Virus record (IMG/VR): IMGVR_UViG_3300038431_000007
Coordinates: 1-40,763 of that record
DNA: 40,763 bases
Source of the DNA: a virus
Direction: 5' to 3' (one strand)
Shown piece by piece: positions 24,308 through 30,841 of this stretch. The notes beneath the pieces were generated by a model. It had not been told where the DNA came from. It made no database searches and saw nothing but the letters and a program-made list of their open reading frames with translations. A program made the translations under genes and the position numbers. Within the stretch, counting starts at the first letter, position 1; the number at the start of each line of letters is the position of its first letter.

Positions 24308-24826
24308 ATGAAAAAAATAATAAATTATGACAAAAACGAAATAAAACATATACATCTAACTAGTATTATATCAGATTATATTGTAAATGATAAAAAAATG
24401 AGGGTTGATATAGGTTATATTTATGAATATTGCCCCTTTTGCACTCATAAAAATCATTTTCAAATAAATACTAAAGAAAATCTTTATAACTCTTTTAATG
24501 GTTGTTGTAAAGGTGGAGACATAATAAGTTTTGTTATGGAGGTTGAGGGCCTAAACTTTAAACAAGCAATTGAAAATTTAGGAGATAGATTTAATATTAA
24601 TAAAACCTCAACAAATTTGGAATCATCATCAAAGAGAGAGAGAGAAATTTTAAAAATATTATCTGAGTATGAAGAGGACCGATTAAAAAAAGAGGAAAAC
24701 AGATTCTTTGATTTTCTAAAATTTATGGAATATGAAGATATATTTTTTAAGGCATTACCTCTGGTTGGAACTGATAAATTGATACACTATATTTATAATT
24801 TGAAAGGAATGGGGATCTATGAATAA
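24308..24826 (+). CDS. CHC2 (DnaG-type) zinc-finger protein without TOPRIM domain
   Basis: CPFCTHKNHFQINTKENLYNSFNGCCKGGDIISFVMEVEGLNFKQAIENL matches the primase CHC2 zinc finger. The remaining ~90 aa are helical, with no catalytic motifs. Confidence 0.65.
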   Translation: MKKIINYDKNEIKHIHLTSIISDYIVNDKKMRVDIGYIYEYCPFCTHKNHFQINTKENLYNSFNGCCKGGDIISFVMEVEGLNFKQAIENLGDRFNINKTSTNLESSSKREREILKILSEYEEDRLKKEENRFFDFLKFMEYEDIFFKALPLVGTDKLIHYIYNLKGMGIYE

Positions 24827-25208
24827 GAGAGAAGATTTAAATAAAATATTAAATGGTTTTTATAAAGATATTAATAGACATGAGCGAAGTATTAAGTGCG
24901 AATGCGGCGGCTTAACATTTGGGGTTATTTACAATCATAAGGAAGCTAAGATTGATTTATATTGTACAAGTTGCGACAAATTAGCCCATACTAGGAATGT
25001 TTTATGGTCCCCACTTGAAAATATACAGGGTGACATAATAGATTTATTAAAATTAGTTTACAAAGATAATAAAAAGCATATGATTGGTTTTGTTGGGACA
25101 TATTTAAAAGCTAAAAAGGTCCAGGAGTGCAATGACATGGATTTATTAGATAAAGCATTTGAGGCCCTATATGAAACTTTTGAAAAGGATTATATAATTA
25201 AAAAGTAA
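24819..25208 (+). CDS. Hypothetical zinc-ribbon protein
   Basis: 129 aa with C-x-C ... C-x2-C (CECGG...CTSCDK). Its start overlaps the preceding stop. Confidence 0.6.
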   Translation: MNKREDLNKILNGFYKDINRHERSIKCECGGLTFGVIYNHKEAKIDLYCTSCDKLAHTRNVLWSPLENIQGDIIDLLKLVYKDNKKHMIGFVGTYLKAKKVQECNDMDLLDKAFEALYETFEKDYIIKK

Positions 25209-25256
25209 TGTTAGTTTGAGCAGCTAATATTTCATATCGAATTCTATAATGGGATT

Positions 25257-25295
25257 GAAAAAGGGACATTGTCAACCAACAATGCTCCCTTTTTC
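25257..25295. terminator. Bidirectional terminator between convergent operons
   Basis: The stem gaaaaagggacattg / caatgctccctttttc has one bulge and flanking A/T runs. It overlaps the last codons of the minus-strand 88-aa gene. Confidence 0.7.
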
Positions 25296-25538
25296 GCCTA
25301 CATGGGCCAAAAATTTAATAAATACTATAAATATAATTAGGTCCTTCCAATCAGCATAACAACCATGCGTTATTTTAAATCTACCATACCATATCATTAT
25401 TATAATCATAATTATAATAATATCTAATACGCATTTAATGGGATGGGTTATTACATGAAATAACCCCAATAAACTATAACCCAATGGCTTTAATACTAAA
25501 TTACACATTAAAAACCCAATATTATCATCATCTTTCAT
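25272..25538 (-). CDS. Small multi-TM membrane protein
   Basis: 88 aa with hydrophobic segments LVLKPLGYSLLGLF, IIIIMIIIMIWY and LIIFIVFIKFL. It has an ATGA overlap with the upstream gene. Confidence 0.6.
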   Translation of the reverse strand: MKDDDNIGFLMCNLVLKPLGYSLLGLFHVITHPIKCVLDIIIIMIIIMIWYGRFKITHGCYADWKDLIIFIVFIKFLAHVGEKGSIVG

Positions 25539-25720
25539 AAAAGCCCCTTTCTATCAATTGAATCCCATTTCTTTATATTTTCAATTGCAATTTCAACATC
25601 TTTCAATTCCTCTAATAATTTAGATTGCCTTTTTGTCCCTCTCAGCCATTTAATTAATTCTTTTGATAACTCAGCCATTTCCTCGATATTATGGACCATA
25701 TCAACTTCAAACTTATTCAT
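25535..25720 (-). CDS. Hypothetical 61-aa helical protein
   Basis: IEEMAELSKELIKWLRG...LEELKDVEIAIENI faintly resembles an all-alpha NTP-pyrophosphohydrolase (MazG-like) helix pair. That is too weak to call. Confidence 0.5.
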   Translation of the reverse strand: MNKFEVDMVHNIEEMAELSKELIKWLRGTKRQSKLLEELKDVEIAIENIKKWDSIDRKGLL

Positions 25721-25723
25721 AAA

Positions 25724-26134
25724 CTAAGACCTCCATATTCTTAAAATAATTTTGTAAGGGAAAAAATATCTTAAACCGGCCGGAGTTGTCATATCAAGTA
25801 AATGATGCCCCAAGATACCTAGGCCCATGCCTAAAACAAATGAGACCTTATAAAATATTGCAAATGGTATTAAGGTTAAAATGCTATGAAATAAAGCTCC
25901 TCTATGGCTTGTAATTGGGTTATCTGGTAATATTTTTTGTATGATTTTAAATATCTTTGGTATGATTGGGCATTTTTTATTAAATGTTGAATACTCTGCA
26001 TCTATATCTGGAACAAATGACCCAATTACAACTCCTGATATAGTTATTAATTCTGTTAATAAATCATCTTTCATATAATAAATTGTTAAGGCTGAGACAA
26101 TAGCCGCCCCAACACTATGACCCTTTTTATTCAT
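25724..26134 (-). CDS. YdjM/DUF457-family membrane-bound metal-dependent hydrolase
   Basis: KGHSVGAAIV, VPDIDAEYS, SHRGALFHSILT and GHHLLDMTTPAGLRYFFP line up with the conserved H / PDID / HRG..HS / H..(A/L)D..TP.G blocks of E. coli YdjM as I remember it. Confidence 0.75.
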   Translation of the reverse strand: MNKKGHSVGAAIVSALTIYYMKDDLLTELITISGVVIGSFVPDIDAEYSTFNKKCPIIPKIFKIIQKILPDNPITSHRGALFHSILTLIPFAIFYKVSFVLGMGLGILGHHLLDMTTPAGLRYFFPYKIILRIWRS

Positions 26135-26223
26135 TACAAACCCTCCAATTCACCTAATATTTTAATTGTTCCATCTTCGAAAAATTCTCTGTGAAAATAG
26201 ATTTTAGTTTTAAATGATTTCAT
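26134..26223 (-). CDS. Possible 29-aa coupled ORF
   Basis: MKSFKTKIYFHREFFEDGTIKILGELEGL has an ATGA overlap upstream and a TAATG overlap downstream. There is no other support. Confidence 0.3.
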   Translation of the reverse strand: MKSFKTKIYFHREFFEDGTIKILGELEGL

Positions 26224-26441
26224 TTCAGATCCTCCCTTTTATAAAAATATGGTTTTGATTCTACACAATAACACACTTCAGAATTAGGACATTCCATTAT
26301 TTTAAATTTTTTACATTGTAAACAACTGGGCTTACTTTTAGTAAATTCATTATGGAATTTTCTTGTTACAATCTCAATTTCATTTTCATCATATCCAAAC
26401 ATTTCAAACAATTGTTTTAATGAATCATTTATTATTGACAT
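26220..26441 (-). CDS. 73-aa cysteine-rich protein
   Basis: MSIINDS...CLQCKKFKIMECPNSEVCYCV is a putative zinc ribbon. The track ORF extends to 26495, but this start overlaps the upstream AbrB-like gene in operon fashion. Confidence 0.5.
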   Translation of the reverse strand: MSIINDSLKQLFEMFGYDENEIEIVTRKFHNEFTKSKPSCLQCKKFKIMECPNSEVCYCVESKPYFYKREDLK

Positions 26442-26601
26442 AATTTGCCTCCTCTTCCGGTGTTGCCGCCTCAATAATGTATTTGCCGTTTTCAATAGTT
26501 ATCTTTACTATTTTACCTAATTTTAAAAGTTCTCTTTCATATTTCGCCAGTATTACACACTTACTGCTTCCATGTTTTTGTAATCTTTTAAATATTTCCA
26601 T
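26425..26601 (-). CDS. Second AbrB/SpoVT-like small protein
   Basis: This ORF is not in the track: MEIFKRLQKHGSSKCVILAKYERELLKLGKIVKITIENGKYIIEAATPEEEANYVNNK. An RBS of the GGGAAGGGA type is present. It is the first gene of the leftward operon. Confidence 0.45.
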   Translation of the reverse strand: MEIFKRLQKHGSSKCVILAKYERELLKLGKIVKITIENGKYIIEAATPEEEANYVNNK

Positions 26602-26622
26602 AATATCCCTTCCCTTACTCTA

Positions 26623-26651
26623 TTGACATATACTTATAGTATTAGTATAAT
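26623..26651 (+). promoter_or_regulatory. Consensus promoter TTGACA-17-TATAAT (rightward, FtsK-like operon)
   Basis: Plus strand TTGACAtatacttatagtattagTATAAT, with RBS AAGGAGG before the ATG at 26695. Confidence 0.7.
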
Positions 26652-26672
26652 ATAAGTACGCTTAAAAAGCAA
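26644..26672 (-). promoter_or_regulatory. Promoter TTGCTT-17-TATACT (leftward)
   Basis: Minus strand TTGCTTtttaagcgtacttatatTATACT. Its -10 box (26644-26649) overlaps the -10 box of the rightward promoter. Confidence 0.55.
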
Positions 26673-26694
26673 CATAAATTAAGGAGGTTAGAGG

Positions 26695-28452
26695 ATGTTA
26701 ATAACTAAATTTGAAATAATTACAAGTGTTATAAGTGCCGGAGTATTACAATATTTTGGATTTAATCCTCTATATGGTTTTATTTTTATTCCAATGGTTA
26801 AGGTTTTAAAATTTTCCATGGAAAAGCAAAAAAAAAGAAATAAGATTTTTTCATTTTTAAGACTTACAAAACAATATTTTTATTCAAAGGATTTCAGGGG
26901 TGTAATAGGTTTCTTTTTGTTCTTTGAGTCTTTGGCCGGGATTGGGTTTTATTATAAAATTGTTGGCTTATCAACTTTTTTGATTCCTTTTGGCCTCTGT
27001 TATCCTGCAGATTTGTTAAGGAATAATTTATGGGAAATTAAAAAGACTAATAAAATGACAGAAAATTTAATTGATTTTTATAAAGATGAAATTTTAATTA
27101 TAGAAAACGTCGGGGGGATCTTGACAGTAAATTCAAAAATCCCCCTAGATGATAAAAATAAAGCGGTTTTTGCTATTTGCTGTAACTCAACAATTACCAG
27201 TATAACACAGGATATCAAAAGAAAATATATTTACTATGTAAAACATAGGCCCGGTCAAGAAGACAGATACAACAAACTAGAAAAAGGAAGTCGGGAGAGA
27301 CTTGAACAAATATTAACGGACCTAAGGGGAAAACCAAATTTTGTAAATTCATTAACCGATAAATTTCAAGATACATATATTTATAATTCCAGATTGAAAT
27401 TAAAGTTTATGAATAGGGAATTAGCAGATATAACCCATAAATTAGGACTTAAAAAGGGCCGTTTAGAAATTATAACAAATGAGGGACATTATGAGTTTAA
27501 AATTAAAAAATGCCTCAATATTATGTATTATTTGGATGATGTAATAGAAAATACAAAAAAGCCAAAAGATATGATTTTACCTTTTATTGTTGGATGTGAA
27601 AATGCCACTGGTAAAGTTATTATAATGGACCTTACAAAATTAACACATATTTTACTTGGTGGAATGACTAACACCGGTAAAAGTTGCACAATTAACACCT
27701 GGTTAGATACTTTATTATATTGGAACTATGACAAGATTCTTTTATTTATAACTGACTTTAAACATTCGGCTTTAATGAAATATAAGAAAATTAAAAATTG
27801 TTGTTTGATAGATGATTCAGAGCAGGCACAAATGGAATTTTACGGCAACTTATTTAATGAGTTAATCAGAAGAAGGAATTTATTTGAAAGAGTGGCCGAA
27901 GAATTAGATGTTGAATGTAGAGATATACACGACTATAACAGATTATATCCAAATAATCCATTACCTTATATCATAGTAACCACCGACGAAATAAACACAG
28001 CTTGTCAAATGAATTACACAAACAAATATACAATCGGCGGCATGGATGTAACATATGAGGATATACGGGCCTATTTCTTTACTAAATCAAGGTCATTGGG
28101 TATTCACTTGATAGATGTAATTCAAAAGGCAACTGCCGGCCAATATTTTAAAACTTGGAGGGCCTCAATTGATACCAGAGGAGCCCATAAAATGGCAGAA
28201 GAGTCTGAGTTAAAATATGTTTTGGAACTTGCCAAGGAGTTTTATGAATTTGCAATGGGACAGGACCAAGGGGAATTTTTATTTAAGGACCATTTGAGCC
28301 AAATATATAAATTAAAGGGGTGTTTTATAGATGAAAAACATAATAAAGTATTTGAGGCAATTAAAGAAATTGGCTTCAGAAAAACTGCAAGAAAAACCAT
28401 TAAACAACCAGTTGAAATTGAATCCCCTATATCCAATAAAACCACCTTATAA
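26695..28452 (+). CDS. Membrane-anchored FtsK/SpoIIIE-like P-loop DNA translocase
   Basis: The N-terminal ~110 aa carry 3-4 TM segments. Walker A is HILLGGMTNTGKSCT, Walker B is YIIVTTDEINT, and RSLGIHLIDVIQKAT follows. This is the order and spacing of FtsK/TraB-type ATPases. Confidence 0.7.
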   Translation: MLITKFEIITSVISAGVLQYFGFNPLYGFIFIPMVKVLKFSMEKQKKRNKIFSFLRLTKQYFYSKDFRGVIGFFLFFESLAGIGFYYKIVGLSTFLIPFGLCYPADLLRNNLWEIKKTNKMTENLIDFYKDEILIIENVGGILTVNSKIPLDDKNKAVFAICCNSTITSITQDIKRKYIYYVKHRPGQEDRYNKLEKGSRERLEQILTDLRGKPNFVNSLTDKFQDTYIYNSRLKLKFMNRELADITHKLGLKKGRLEIITNEGHYEFKIKKCLNIMYYLDDVIENTKKPKDMILPFIVGCENATGKVIIMDLTKLTHILLGGMTNTGKSCTINTWLDTLLYWNYDKILLFITDFKHSALMKYKKIKNCCLIDDSEQAQMEFYGNLFNELIRRRNLFERVAEELDVECRDIHDYNRLYPNNPLPYIIVTTDEINTACQMNYTNKYTIGGMDVTYEDIRAYFFTKSRSLGIHLIDVIQKATAGQYFKTWRASIDTRGAHKMAEESELKYVLELAKEFYEFAMGQDQGEFLFKDHLSQIYKLKGCFIDEKHNKVFEAIKEIGFRKTARKTIKQPVEIESPISNKTTL

Positions 28453-28831
28453 TTCTGGCTTTAGTGAAAAACACCTTGACAATTTTTTGAATCAAAAGTC
28501 AACTATTATATATGTTGAAAATGGCGGCGGCGGCGAATGTGATGTTATTTCTCCGGAAAATATAGAAAATTACACAGACGAAAACCGCCAAGACTTTAAA
28601 AATAAATCAAAACAAACACAGTTTGAAATGCTTTACCAGTACATGAGAAACAAGGCGGACCCAGATAACATTTATACTAAGGAAGGCAATAGAGAAATAG
28701 GCAACTATTTCAATGTTGGAAAAGATTTAATAAGTCAAAGATTTAGGGAATTACTAGAATTAAATTGGATTTCAGAGGTAACCGAACTAAACCGCAAATA
28801 TAAATTACTAAGGGAGGATAATCATGAATAA
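28331..28831 (+). CDS. Hypothetical protein with C-terminal winged-helix-like region
   Basis: 166 aa with RBS AAAGGGGTG 9 nt before the ATG. It overlaps the FtsK-like gene by 122 nt. GNREIGNYFNVGKDLISQRFRELLELNWI looks like an HTH/wHTH. Confidence 0.5.
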   Translation: MKNIIKYLRQLKKLASEKLQEKPLNNQLKLNPLYPIKPPYNSGFSEKHLDNFLNQKSTIIYVENGGGGECDVISPENIENYTDENRQDFKNKSKQTQFEMLYQYMRNKADPDNIYTKEGNREIGNYFNVGKDLISQRFRELLELNWISEVTELNRKYKLLREDNHE

Positions 28832-29822
28832 TATTGATAAATTAAAGGCAAAAATTAAAAAAGTAAAAGTTGATAATGAATTAATCACAGTTAGAAGACA
28901 TATGAAAAAATTACAAAATGAAAATAGACTTGATTTAAATGTTAAATTATGGGGATGGGTATTTGGTTTAATAGGGTTTTTGGGCTTTTTAGCCTCAACA
29001 AGTATGTCGATTGCCGGGGGACTAAAAAGCCACAAGAATTTAGCTTTGATTGCTTTTGTGATTGGGGTTGTTTTCATTCAACTAGTAGTTTATGTGTTTT
29101 GTATTAAAGAATCAATCATAAAATATAGATTTCCAAGATATTATTTAATTGCTAAAGCAGTCCAATTGGGCCTTCTTGCAATCTCAATAAATTACAATTA
29201 TGAATTTTATGATAAAAAAAACTTTTGGAATTTCTTATTATCTGTATTGTTAGAAGTGGCAATAATTGTAATTACAACAATTGGGGGAGATTTCAGATCC
29301 TTAAATTATCAGGACCAAAAAATTATCGAAGATGGCGGATTATTTTCAATAATTGCAATGTGGTGGTTTAATAAATTGCATAAACTAAAAGTTAAGATTT
29401 TAGACGAATATAACCAAAATATTATAAACTTAACCCAACCAATAGAGTTAAGAAAAAACTTAACTATTTCTCCGGACAACTTAACCAGTGAAAAAATACA
29501 AATTGAGGATTTCCAAGGGTTAGGGCTGGTTAAGTCGGAGTTAAGTTCACCGGTTAAGTTAGAGTTAGGAAAAGTTAAGTCGGAGTTAAGTCCTGAGTTA
29601 AGAAAAGATAAGACAATAATTCTATTAAAAGAAAAGAATTTAGAAGAGTTAAGATTTGAAATTGAAACTTATCTAAAAGAAAACTTCAAGGAAGGGGAAA
29701 TTATAACAACTGGTAAAATTAGGGAAATATTTGATTTAACAGAATCTCAATGGAAAAAAATTAAAAATGATTTGAATTGTGTTGAGACAATAGGGACAAA
29801 ATTAAAGTATAAAGTGTTATAA
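28824..29822 (+). CDS. Polytopic membrane protein with repeat-bearing cytoplasmic tail
   Basis: 332 aa with RBS GGGAGGA and about four TM segments (aa 45-170). VKSELS repeats follow, then a C-terminal wHTH-like end (KIREIFDLTESQWKKIKNDL). Confidence 0.65.
   Translation: MNNIDKLKAKIKKVKVDNELITVRRHMKKLQNENRLDLNVKLWGWVFGLIGFLGFLASTSMSIAGGLKSHKNLALIAFVIGVVFIQLVVYVFCIKESIIKYRFPRYYLIAKAVQLGLLAISINYNYEFYDKKNFWNFLLSVLLEVAIIVITTIGGDFRSLNYQDQKIIEDGGLFSIIAMWWFNKLHKLKVKILDEYNQNIINLTQPIELRKNLTISPDNLTSEKIQIEDFQGLGLVKSELSSPVKLELGKVKSELSPELRKDKTIILLKEKNLEELRFEIETYLKENFKEGEIITTGKIREIFDLTESQWKKIKNDLNCVETIGTKLKYKVL
29427..29653. repeat. GTTAAG / CTTAAC iteron-like cluster (candidate origin) inside the 332-aa gene
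   Basis: At least 10 GTTAAG or CTTAAC hexamers lie within ~225 bp. They include the 18-mer GTTAAGTCGGAGTTAAGT twice (29530-29547 and 29575-29592) and the palindrome agttaag-aaaaaa-cttaact (29447-29466). Confidence 0.6.
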
Positions 29823-29863
29823 TAAAATCAAATTTAATACTTGCCTATGTTTAAAGATATATT

Positions 29864-29902
29864 AAAAAAATAGCCTATTAATTTTAATAAGGCTATTTTT
29901 TT
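29864..29902. terminator. Bidirectional intrinsic terminator
   Basis: The stem aaaaaaatagcctatta / taataaggctattttttt has one bulge. It lies between the convergent 332-aa (+) and 148-aa (-) genes. Confidence 0.75.
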
Positions 29903-29969
29903 ATTAAATTTTCCCTAGGGGGAGAAAACTAAATAAATTTTTTCTTTTTCACTATTTAAATTTTACTTG

Positions 29970-30407
29970 CTACTTAATTTTATTAAATTGGTCTGACTCT
30001 AAATTATTTCTTTTTGGATCATTATCTGTAAATAATATTTTACCAGTGTTATAAATCAATATTGTATAACCGCCTCCGGTCCCATCATCATAATTATATT
30101 TTAATACTTTTGAATCATTACCTATTGATTCGGTACAATTATCAAAAACGCCATTTTCTGGACCGTCTGCTTCTAAATATAATTTGGCTTGATTTCCTTT
30201 GATTTCCCATATTGCACCAAATTTATTTTTATATTTACCATCAAAATTATAAGGAGTTTTAGTTGGTTTTATTTCAATTGCTGTAATCTTTTCAACTTCC
30301 ACTTTTTTATTTGCCTCCTTAAAAACTTTGTTTGATAACCCGGCCGATATTACAAATAATATCATTACTGTTATAGTTGTAGTTAAAATAAACTTTCTCA
30401 TATCCAT
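29970..30407 (-). CDS. Membrane-anchored / secreted 145-aa protein (moron)
   Basis: MDMRKFILTTTITVMILFVISAGLS is a signal-anchor, followed by a beta-rich G/N/D/K domain. The gene has its own consensus promoter and terminator. Confidence 0.65.
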   Translation of the reverse strand: MDMRKFILTTTITVMILFVISAGLSNKVFKEANKKVEVEKITAIEIKPTKTPYNFDGKYKNKFGAIWEIKGNQAKLYLEADGPENGVFDNCTESIGNDSKVLKYNYDDGTGGGYTILIYNTGKILFTDNDPKRNNLESDQFNKIK

Positions 30408-30440
30408 ATTTAACACCTTAAACCCATATTTTTTAAATAC

Positions 30441-30469
30441 ATATTACAATTAAATTACTAGTATGTCAA
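30441..30469 (-). promoter_or_regulatory. Consensus promoter TTGACA-17-TAATAT
   Basis: Minus strand TTGACAtactagtaatttaattgTAATAT lies upstream of the 145-aa gene. Confidence 0.65.
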
Positions 30470-30478
30470 TATAACATA

Positions 30479-30607
30479 TTATGGCCTAACTGTATTAGTT
30501 GGATATTCATTGTTTTTATGGGCCTCTTCTTTTCTCTTTTTCCTAGCTTCCTTTATTTCCTCTTCGGACATTTCAGATTCATTTTTATTTTTATTTTCCT
30601 CAGCCAT
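30479..30607 (-). CDS. 42-aa acidic/basic tail-operon terminal ORF
   Basis: This ORF is not in the track: MAEENKNKNESEMSEEEIKEARKKRKEEAHKNNEYPTNTVRP. It has a TAATG overlap with the preceding gene. Confidence 0.4.
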   Translation of the reverse strand: MAEENKNKNESEMSEEEIKEARKKRKEEAHKNNEYPTNTVRP

Positions 30608-30840
30608 TATGCAGGCACCTCCCCAATTACAGCAATCACAATAAATTGACTTCCAATTTTCATAACTATAACATTAGATCCAACTTTTAACCCGGTCAAA
30701 TGTGTTGTAGATTTACACAAAATAGCATCATCTCCGGGGTAAATTTTCACAGATAGAGGAGTTAATGCTGAAACAATACCAGTAACAAATTGGTTAGTAT
30801 ATTTTTGATTTATAATATATTTGAAAAATTTATTATTCAT
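30607..30840 (-). CDS. Small tail-tip / baseplate accessory protein (putative)
   Basis: 77 aa: FVTGIVSALTPLSVKIYPGDDAILCKS...GLKVGSNVIVMKIGSQFIVIAVIG. It looks like a beta-barrel and is the last structural gene. Confidence 0.4.
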   Translation of the reverse strand: MNNKFFKYIINQKYTNQFVTGIVSALTPLSVKIYPGDDAILCKSTTHLTGLKVGSNVIVMKIGSQFIVIAVIGEVPA

Positions 30841-30841
30841 G

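Noticed and set aside
28331-28452. The 122-nt overlap between the FtsK-like gene and the 166-aa ORF as a programmed frameshift fusion
   Set aside because: The downstream ORF has its own ATG with an AAAGGGGTG RBS at proper spacing. I saw no slippery heptamer in the overlap, so independent initiation is simpler.
28242-29077. Minus-strand ORFs 28242-28445 and 28808-29077 inside the plus-strand FtsK-like operon
   Set aside because: They are antisense shadows of RBS-supported plus-strand genes.
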